Positions 26,570 through 32,000 of a DNA stretch of 32,000 bases are shown in pieces. The position numbers were made by a program, and so were the translations under genes. The stretch comes from an uncultured archaeon. Lineage in GTDB: Archaea; Aenigmatarchaeota; Aenigmatarchaeia; QMZS01. The notes under the pieces are model-generated. The model worked only from the letters and a program-made list of their open reading frames with translations, did not search any database and had not been told where the DNA came from. The first letter of the stretch is position 1. Each line of letters starts with the position of its first letter. The stretch lies in the NCBI GenBank assembly GCA_964547015.1, contig CAZJKT010000010.1:6694-38693 (forward strand), in the 5' to 3' direction.

Positions 26570-27001
26570 TTGCGGGTTGGGATATGGGTTGAAGCCGCTT
26601 TAAAGCATTTTCTGGATAAATTCCGTATGGCCGGGATATTTTATCTGGATTGGAAGTTGGACGAATTGGTGGGGTGGGAAGAAGAGAAAAGTGGTTTAGT
26701 GATAGAAGCGTTAATAAGAGGGATAGCTGCGGGCGCAGAATTCCCTCCGGTTGCGGTTCACAGTATATCCGCGAACAGATACTGCATCTCTCCCCTGAGG
26801 GAGACGCCAGACGGGCTTTTAGATGGAGGACATTGCCGGGCAATAGCCCACTACCGAACCGGAACCCCTCTCAAATGCGAGAGTTTGGACGGATTGCCGC
26901 CAGTTCCTGAAGCATGGGAAGTTCCGATAAGCGATATTCGTTTGGTTGATGATTCCGGGCAATATGAGGAGCATAAGGCGAGATTTCCCGATTATTTGTG
27001 A
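26570..27001 (+). CDS. Hypothetical protein, possibly ParB/sulfiredoxin-like fold
   Basis: LLDGGHCRAIAHY resembles the DGhHR..A motif of ParB-like nuclease domains. The start is uncertain: TTG at 26570 or ATG at 26627. Confidence 0.55.
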   Translation: MRVGIWVEAALKHFLDKFRMAGIFYLDWKLDELVGWEEEKSGLVIEALIRGIAAGAEFPPVAVHSISANRYCISPLRETPDGLLDGGHCRAIAHYRTGTPLKCESLDGLPPVPEAWEVPISDIRLVDDSGQYEEHKARFPDYL

Positions 27002-27041
27002 GCGCAGACATTATTTTAGTAATCAAACGTCTTAGTGAATT

Positions 27042-27761
27042 ATGCTCTACTTAATCGGAATCGGTCTTTGGGATGAGGGAGATATTACCCTAAAAGGGCT
27101 TGAAGCGGCCAGAATGTGCCGAAAGCTCTATTTGGAGAGCTACACAAGCCTTTGGGGCGGAAACCTTGAAAAATTAGGGCTAAATCCCGAAATTATCCAA
27201 AGGCGGGGAATGGAGGATGATATGCAGAAATTGATTGATGAGGCAAAAGAGGAGGATATCGGGATTTTGGTGCCCGGAGATGCCCTTATGGCTACTACCC
27301 ACTCGGCTTTGGCCCTTGAAGCCAGAAATCAGGGCGTTGGTATAAAAATAATCCATGCCGCATCAATTATCTCGGCTTTGGGGGAGACGGGCCTTCAGAT
27401 TTACAAATTCGGCAAAATCGCCACAATCCCCTATCTTGAGACCGATACCCCTTATCAAATCCTTGAGGGCAACCTTAAGTGCGGCGCCCATACTCTGTTT
27501 TTGCTGGATATCACGCCTGAGCGCCTAATGTCTTGCAAAGAAGGACTAAAAAAGCTCCTTGAAATGGAAGAGCGGGGCAAATTAGGGCTGATTTCTGAGG
27601 ACTCTGAGGTTGTTGTCTTTTGCAGGGCGGGCAGTTCCGAGCAACTTCTTAAATTCGGCAAAATAAGGGATTTTCTTGATTTTGGATGCACTCTTTGCGT
27701 GATAATCGCGCCGGGCAAGCTTCACTTCGCCGAGAAAGAGTTTTTGGAGTCTTTAAGGTAA
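27042..27761 (+). CDS. dphB: Diphthine synthase (diphthamide biosynthesis methyltransferase)
   Basis: MLYLIGIGLWDEGDITLKGLEAARMC..LYLESYTS...VPGDALMATTH...IHAASI...GLQIYKFGK...HTLFLLD...PGKLHFAEKE are the characteristic DphB/Dph5 blocks. Confidence 0.93.
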   Translation: MLYLIGIGLWDEGDITLKGLEAARMCRKLYLESYTSLWGGNLEKLGLNPEIIQRRGMEDDMQKLIDEAKEEDIGILVPGDALMATTHSALALEARNQGVGIKIIHAASIISALGETGLQIYKFGKIATIPYLETDTPYQILEGNLKCGAHTLFLLDITPERLMSCKEGLKKLLEMEERGKLGLISEDSEVVVFCRAGSSEQLLKFGKIRDFLDFGCTLCVIIAPGKLHFAEKEFLESLR

Positions 27762-27793
27762 CCTTAAGTTTATTTCCTCCCTACTTAATTTAG

Positions 27794-28041
27794 GCCCCTG
27801 TAGTCTAGCTCGGTCCAGGATATCGCCCTTTCGAGCCGGCATTTCTTTTAAAAAGAGATCCGGGCACTCCCAAGAAACAAGTTTCAAGGGAAGGGAAAGG
27901 TTTGAGGCTTTCGAGCCGATGACAAGAAGACAGGCGGAGACCCGGGTGAAGACTTTTCTTGCGAAGAAAAGTCCTCAACGTCAAAAGAAGCAGATTCCTG
28001 CTTCGCAGAAGGAATAGGGTATTCAAATCCCGGCAGGGGCA
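27794..28041 (+). tRNA. tRNA-Glu(UUC) gene interrupted by three modelled introns (anticodon loop 80 nt, variable region 18 nt, T-loop 75 nt)
   Basis: The acceptor stem GCCCCTG (27794-27800) pairs with CAGGGGC (28034-28040), followed by discriminator A. The exon model is 27794-27827, 27908-27923, 27942-27947 and 28023-28041. It gives a 75-nt cloverleaf with D stem GTCT/GGAT, anticodon loop CTTTCGA and T arm CCGGG-TTCAAAT-CCCGG. Caveat: there is one C:C mismatch (30:40) in the anticodon stem. Confidence 0.7.
27945..28008 (+). repeat. Conserved intron module, copy 1 (inside the T-loop intron of tRNA-Glu)
   Basis: GGTGAAGACTTTTCTTGCGAAGAAAAGTCCTCAACGTCAAAAGAAGCAGATTCCTGCTTCGCAG shares identical blocks of 12, 18 and 17 nt with 28991-29056. 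Confidence 0.9.
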
Positions 28042-28053
28042 AAACCTAAAAGG

Positions 28054-28068
28054 CTATTTAAGATTAAT
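28054..28068 (+). promoter_or_regulatory. TATA-like element CTATTTAAGATTAAT upstream of the cold-shock gene
   Basis: It lies 13-27 nt upstream of ATG 28081. The 12-mer TTTAAGATTAAT recurs at 31337-31348 upstream of the cyclophilin gene. Confidence 0.4.
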
Positions 28069-28080
28069 AGAGAATTATAA

Positions 28081-28272
28081 ATGGACGGAACAGTAAAGTT
28101 CTTCAATGCAATGAAGAATTTCGGATTTATCAGCGGCTCGGACGGAAAGGATTACTTTGTCCATTCAAGCGCGCTGAAAGAGGGAACTCGGCTTAATGAA
28201 GGCGATAAGGTGACCTTTGAGCCCACTCAGGGCGACAAAGGGATTAAGGCCGAAAAAGTCGAGAAAGTTTAG
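28081..28272 (+). CDS. csp: Cold-shock domain protein (CspA family)
   Basis: GTVKFFNAMKNFGFI is RNP1-like and DYFVHSS is RNP2-like. The 63-aa size fits. Confidence 0.92.
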   Translation: MDGTVKFFNAMKNFGFISGSDGKDYFVHSSALKEGTRLNEGDKVTFEPTQGDKGIKAEKVEKV

Positions 28273-28316
28273 AAATTATAGTTCTAGTGCGGAAATATAG
28301 TTTTGAGACAAAGTCA

Positions 28317-28349
28317 GTTTAGTTTTGGTTTTTGGGTGTTTTTTTGAGG
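28317..28349 (+). terminator. T-rich tract downstream of csp
   Basis: GTTTAGTTTTGGTTTTTGGGTGTTTTTTTGAGG contains T5 and T7 runs. Confidence 0.35.
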
Positions 28350-28380
28350 CAAAAGGTATGAATTATCATTTTTCAGTATT

Positions 28381-28722
28381 ATGGCTGAAGAATGTTTGGG
28401 CGGCGGTTTAGATGGATTGGATGTCTTCAATTATATGAATGCTTTTTGGGAAGTTTTTGATAATTACCATAGATTGGGCAAAACTCGCGAAAGAATTGCC
28501 CTAGAACTTTATCATGCGGGCGCTCCGATAACTTCTGTCTATCTCCAAGGTAAGTTGGATATAATGCAGAGCATCTCGCAGACCAATCTGGATATATTGT
28601 TGCGTTCCGGATTAATAACCCGGGAAAAAATCCTGAAACTCGCGCCTATGAATATAGCCTTCTTCCGGAAGCTAGGCAAATCCTTGATGGCTATTTTGCG
28701 CTTGCAGAGTCCAGCCGAGTAA
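28381..28722 (+). CDS. Hypothetical protein (113 aa)
   Basis: An ATG-initiated ORF in an otherwise empty gap, with no motif I recognise. Confidence 0.5.
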   Translation: MAEECLGGGLDGLDVFNYMNAFWEVFDNYHRLGKTRERIALELYHAGAPITSVYLQGKLDIMQSISQTNLDILLRSGLITREKILKLAPMNIAFFRKLGKSLMAILRLQSPAE

Positions 28723-28800
28723 AAATCTCGGAAATGGGCGAGCTCAGGCGCGCGGTTGTTGATTAATTTACCTTTTGCAAACTAAATTATGCCGAGGTGG

Positions 28801-29115
28801 CGGAGCGGTCTATCTATACCTCCCTAAAAAGAGGATGGGACCATACGCGGCTGGCTTGAGGTCATCCCTTTTCTTGAAAGAAAAGGTCTGACAACCCCAA
28901 AAGAACAGATTCGCATATCATGTTTGCTTCGCAAACGGGGCGATTCTATTGGGGGTAAAACAGGCAACCAGTTTCCCGCAAGGGAGCGCAGGTGAAGACT
29001 TTCTTTCCCGAAAGAAAGTCCTCAACGTCAAAGAAAGGGAGATTCCTGCTTCGCAGGTATATTGCCCTTTTAGTTGGGAAGAAGTCCTCTGCGAATTCAA
29101 ATCCTGCCCTCGGCG
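28801..29115 (+). tRNA. tRNA-Ser(UGA) gene interrupted by three modelled introns (D-loop about 32 nt, anticodon loop 96 nt, T-loop 103 nt)
   Basis: The acceptor stem GCCGAGG pairs with CCTCGGC, followed by discriminator G. The exon model is 28801-28822, 28855-28870, 28967-28993 and 29097-29115. It gives an 84-nt class-II tRNA with D arm GCG-GAGCGGTCTAA-CGC. The anticodon arm is GCTGG-CTTGAGA-CCAGT, with TGA at 28867-28869. The long variable arm is TTCCCGCAAGGGAGC and the T arm is GCAGG-TTCAAAT-CCTGC. Confidence 0.8.
28991..29056 (+). repeat. Conserved intron module, copy 2 (inside the T-loop intron of tRNA-Ser)
   Basis: GGTGAAGACTTTCTTTCCCGAAAGAAAGTCCTCAACGTCAAAGAAAGGGAGATTCCTGCTTCGCAG. See copy 1 at 27945-28008. 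Confidence 0.9.
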
Positions 29116-29123
29116 TATTATCC

Positions 29124-29420
29124 TTAGTCCCCTACTTCAAAACTCCCACCTTCAATCCTCAAAGCAAGCCCCTCGATTATCGCCTTTGCCACTTTCTTTC
29201 GGGCGCTTCGAAGAACCCGATGAAAAGTCGGCTGGGATATGCCCATCGCTTCTGCCCCCTCTTCTTGCGACTTCTCCAAAAAATCCACGTGCCGAATCGC
29301 CTCCCATTCCTCGACATTCAGGACAACTTCGCCAATATCGCGCATTCTGACCCCTGCCGGCTTGAAATAATTAATCTCAGGATAATTTGAAACCCGCCGA
29401 AAGCACCGCCGCCGTGGCAT
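29124..29420 (-). CDS. DUF134 (UPF0251) family predicted DNA-binding protein
   Basis: MPRRRCFRRVSNYPEINYFKPAGVRMRDIGEVVLNVEEWEAIRHVDFLEKSQEEGAEAMGISQPTFHRVLRSARKKVAKAIIEGLALRIEGG matches the family pattern as I remember it. The start is taken at the internal Met (29420), not the ORF-track 29447. Confidence 0.85.
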   Translation of the reverse strand: MPRRRCFRRVSNYPEINYFKPAGVRMRDIGEVVLNVEEWEAIRHVDFLEKSQEEGAEAMGISQPTFHRVLRSARKKVAKAIIEGLALRIEGGSFEVGD

Positions 29421-29450
29421 ATTAAGAATAAGATAAAAAGAAAACAAAAC

Positions 29451-29684
29451 CTATTCGAGCTCCCTGAGGCGCCCTTTTATCTCCTGGATTTCCTCTTCAA
29501 GCGCTTTTAGCTCCCCTTCGAGAATCTTTTTTTTCTGCTCTTTTGTGAGCTCTAAGGGCTCGGAATACCGAAATCGCCCGTAGCCGCGCCCGAATCCTCG
29601 TCCGAGGCCTGCGCCGCAAGGCCCAAGCCCTCTTCCCGTGCCCGGCCCCGCTCCGCGAGGCCCGGTTTTGTCTCTGTCTGGCAT
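29451..29684 (-). CDS. DUF5320-like small protein (Gly/Arg-rich N-terminus, coiled-coil C-terminus)
   Basis: MPDRDKTGPRGAGPGTGRGLGPCGAGLGRGFGRGYG... is followed by an E/K coiled coil. It lies 30 nt upstream of the DUF134 gene, a commonly seen pairing. Confidence 0.75.
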   Translation of the reverse strand: MPDRDKTGPRGAGPGTGRGLGPCGAGLGRGFGRGYGRFRYSEPLELTKEQKKKILEGELKALEEEIQEIKGRLRELE

Positions 29685-29803
29685 AATGAATATATATTCA
29701 TATACTATTTAAGCTTTACTTTTGAAAAGGGGGATATATCAAGGCTTAACCTCCGAATGGATATCCAAGATAAGGCCACAGTTATCTTTAATAAGTATTA
29801 ATT

Positions 29804-30778
29804 ATGAAGGAAGCGGCTAAAATCTGTGTTGAGACCTGTATGAAGATACTCCCCAGAGAAAGCGTTATTGTTTTGAGTGAGGGCAAGGAAAAAATAGCGG
29901 ATGCGCTGGCCGCCGCATGCGAAGCCAGAGGGGCAAAAGTTAGAAGGGCGACTGTTGCATTAAAGCATCACCGCCAGGAGCCTCCTAAAAATATAGAATA
30001 TGCCCTAATGGAATGCCATGCGGCTTTTCTTGCAACTGAGCACTCCCTTACCCATACTGATGCTGTCCGAAGGGCGCGCCTTAGGGGGATTAGGATTGCC
30101 TCAATGCCGGGGATTGACGAGGAAATGTTTGAGAGGGCTGTTAACACAAATTATCCGGTTATGAGAAACCGCGCCCAACGGGTCAGCCAAATTCTTGCGG
30201 AAAACGACTCGCTTGTGATAAGCTCCTCAAAAGGGACATCTGTTCGGCTCAAGAGGGGCGGAAGAAAAATTATGGTGGGGGACGGGTATGTAAGGGAAGA
30301 CAATTTAATCAACCTCCCGGAAGGCGAAGTTTACTTTGCGCCAATTGAAGAATCAGTAAGCGGAAAGATTGCAGCTGACGGATGCGGCTCTCCGGACACC
30401 GACGGAGAATTTGGAAAAATAGGCCTGATAAGGGAGCCTATTATTCTGACAATAAAGGAGGGCCGGGTTATGAAGATTGAAGGAGGGCGGCAGGCGGAAA
30501 TACTCCAAAAGTACCTCTCTGCATTAAATGACCCGGGAGCTTACAGGATTGCGGAATTTGGTATAGGGATTAATCCAAAGGCAAGGATTACAGGCAAAAT
30601 CCTTGAGTCTGAAAAATCTGAAGGCTCTATTCACTTTGCGCTTGGGGAAAACCGGGGATTTTACGGAAAGAACGCAAGCAAAATCCACTGGGACTTTGTT
30701 GTTCGCCAGCCAAAAATATTCTCGGCAAGGGGAAACCTTCTCTTAAATGAAAACATCCTGAAATCATGGAACAGGTAG
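29804..30778 (+). CDS. Aminopeptidase, M29 (AmpS/PepS-like) family
   Basis: NLPEGEVYFAP and AEFGIGINPKA....ESEKSEGSIHFALGEN resemble the conserved metal-binding blocks of thermophilic M29 aminopeptidases. Confidence 0.8.
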   Translation: MKEAAKICVETCMKILPRESVIVLSEGKEKIADALAAACEARGAKVRRATVALKHHRQEPPKNIEYALMECHAAFLATEHSLTHTDAVRRARLRGIRIASMPGIDEEMFERAVNTNYPVMRNRAQRVSQILAENDSLVISSSKGTSVRLKRGGRKIMVGDGYVREDNLINLPEGEVYFAPIEESVSGKIAADGCGSPDTDGEFGKIGLIREPIILTIKEGRVMKIEGGRQAEILQKYLSALNDPGAYRIAEFGIGINPKARITGKILESEKSEGSIHFALGENRGFYGKNASKIHWDFVVRQPKIFSARGNLLLNENILKSWNR

Positions 30779-31335
30779 AGCGGGCCGCTGAAATCCTTAA
30801 AGCCGGTGGGGTAATAGCCTACCCGACAGACACAATATACGGGTTAGGGGCAAATATCTTTGATGAAGTTGCGATAATGAGGGTGATTGCGCTAAAAAGG
30901 AGGCCGATTGGAAAGCCGATTTCGGTTGCGGTTTGCTCAATAAATATGATGGAGAATATTGCCTATCTGTCTGAAGAGGATCGAAAAATAGCAGAAAGGC
31001 TCCTCCCGGGACCTGTAACTCTTGTTTTGACGGCAAAAGAGGCGGTTTCCCCGCTCCTGTCAGGAAATACGGGAAAGATTGGAATTAGGCGGATAGATAG
31101 ACCCCTTGTTGACAGATTAATAGAGCTGGCCAAATTTCCGATTACCGCGACCTCGGCAAATATTTCGGGCGGGTCGCCTGCAGCAAAAAAAGAGGATTTA
31201 GCGGTGGCCGCGGATTTTGTTCTTGAGGGCGAATGCATGAGAAAAATCCCTTCAACTGTTGTGGACTTGGGGCAAAAGAGAATAATAAGGGAGGGGGCAG
31301 GAATTGAAAAAGTCCGCTCGGTTTTGGGAATTTAA
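30766..31335 (+). CDS. tsaC: L-threonylcarbamoyladenylate synthase (YrdC/TsaC-type, t6A biosynthesis)
   Basis: GGVIAYPTDTIYGLGANIFD...KRRPIGKPISV...ITATSANISG are YrdC/Sua5 N-domain hallmarks. At 189 aa it has no Sua5 C-domain. It overlaps the aminopeptidase stop by 13 nt. Confidence 0.9.
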   Translation: MEQVERAAEILKAGGVIAYPTDTIYGLGANIFDEVAIMRVIALKRRPIGKPISVAVCSINMMENIAYLSEEDRKIAERLLPGPVTLVLTAKEAVSPLLSGNTGKIGIRRIDRPLVDRLIELAKFPITATSANISGGSPAAKKEDLAVAADFVLEGECMRKIPSTVVDLGQKRIIREGAGIEKVRSVLGI

Positions 31336-31336
31336 G

Positions 31337-31348
31337 TTTAAGATTAAT
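31337..31348 (+). promoter_or_regulatory. TTTAAGATTAAT element upstream of the cyclophilin gene
   Basis: The same 12-mer as 28057-28068, ending 10 nt before ATG 31359. Confidence 0.35.
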
Positions 31349-31358
31349 CTGTTATTTT

Positions 31359-32000
31359 ATGGAGGACAAAGACAAATTGGAGGAGGAAGCCCCGGCGAAA
31401 GATAAGGATTTAAAAAAGAGCAAAAAGCCGCTTATCCTTATATTAAGTTTGGCTCTCTTGTTAATTATAGGAATAGGATATATAAGCATGACCGGAAACT
31501 TTACGGAAGGGAATAAGGATAAGCCTGTAAGAGTCTTACTTGAGACAAATAGGGGCAATATTACAATTGAGCTTTATGAGGATATGCCGATTACTGCAGG
31601 AAACTTTGAAAAGCTTGTTCAGGATGGAGTTTATGACGGCGTAGTTTTCCACAGAGTAATCGCGAATTTCATGATTCAGGGAGGAGACCCGACAGGAACC
31701 GGGATGGGCGACCCAAGCATCCCCGAAATCGAGGATGAATTTGTTGAAGGCCGCTCAAACCTGAGGGGAACCCTTGCTATGGCAAATCGGGGCCCAAATA
31801 CGGGAAGCAGCCAGTTTTTCATAAACCTCGTGGATAATACCTACCTTGACTGGGATAAGCCTCCAGCCACAAGCAAGCACCCTGTTTTTGGGGAAGTCGT
31901 TGAGGGGATGGATATAGTTGATAATATTGGCAAAGTTAAAACAGGCCCCGGAGATAAGCCAATTGAGGAAGTCAAAATTATAAGGGCAAGCATTATTTAG
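31359..32000 (+). CDS. Cyclophilin-type peptidyl-prolyl cis-trans isomerase with an N-terminal membrane anchor or signal
   Basis: VFHRVIANFMIQGGDPTGTGMG...GTLAMANRGPNTGSSQFFINL is a cyclophilin signature. The N-terminus PLILILSLALLLIIGIGYI is hydrophobic. The TAG stop is at 31998-32000. Confidence 0.92.
   Translation: MEDKDKLEEEAPAKDKDLKKSKKPLILILSLALLLIIGIGYISMTGNFTEGNKDKPVRVLLETNRGNITIELYEDMPITAGNFEKLVQDGVYDGVVFHRVIANFMIQGGDPTGTGMGDPSIPEIEDEFVEGRSNLRGTLAMANRGPNTGSSQFFINLVDNTYLDWDKPPATSKHPVFGEVVEGMDIVDNIGKVKTGPGDKPIEEVKIIRASII

Noticed and set aside
27805-28026. 73-aa ORF on the minus strand
   Set aside because: It lies entirely inside the intron-containing tRNA-Glu gene, has low-complexity sequence and has no start context. 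It is spurious.
27828-29096. C/D-box sRNA embedded in the tRNA introns
   Set aside because: I looked for a C box (RUGAUGA) paired with a D box (CUGA) at the intron ends. Only isolated CUGA and GAUGAC fragments are present, with no proper C/D or k-turn arrangement.
27794-29115. tRNA genes as attachment sites of an integrated element (genomic island boundary)
   Set aside because: There is no integrase, excisionase or transposase. There is also no direct repeat of a tRNA 3' end within the window. The flanking genes are housekeeping.
28949-29390. Two overlapping + strand ORFs (133 and 132 aa)
   Set aside because: They run through the tRNA-Ser introns and 3' exon and then antisense to the well-supported DUF134 gene. 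Their Pro/Ser/Leu-rich composition is typical of shadow ORFs.

Overview
No tools or similarity searches were run; all product calls come from motifs read in the supplied translations and my own reading of the DNA. The window looks like an archaeal chromosome fragment. Evidence: archaeal/eukaryal-type Pth2, diphthine synthase, an ArlI/PilB-type secretion ATPase, AT-rich TATA-like boxes close to start codons, and two tRNA genes that only fold if several introns are removed. The giant surface proteins and compact overlapping genes are reminiscent of DPANN-type episymbionts, but the lineage is inference only. Two parts: (A) nt 1-25,657 is a roughly 25 kb island made almost entirely of cell-envelope, secreted and coiled-coil genes. 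It holds a giant (over 2,640 codons, N-terminus outside the window) sequon-rich surface protein joined through one TM helix to a cytoplasmic HerA/FtsK-family ATPase. It also holds a 1,009-aa type-I surface protein, two Cys-rich secreted proteins (one with a class-III/pilin-like N-terminus) and an unlisted 51-aa membrane ORF. The rest are an orphan ArlI/PilB-like ATPase with a Cys-motif N-terminal extension, a 741-aa charged disordered protein, and an operon of coiled-coil, P/Q/G-rich, membrane J-domain and polytopic Cys-knot proteins. I consider this island the best candidate for an undescribed surface, cell-cell interaction or translocation system. (B) nt 25,670-32,000 is housekeeping: pth2, an HExxH protein, a ParB-like protein, dphB, a cold-shock protein, a DUF5320-DUF134 pair, an M29-type aminopeptidase, tsaC/yrdC and a membrane-anchored cyclophilin. 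It is interrupted by tRNA-Glu(UUC) and tRNA-Ser(UGA) genes, each modelled with three introns. Their T-loop introns share a conserved hairpin-containing module. I found no CRISPR array, transposase, integrase or rRNA.
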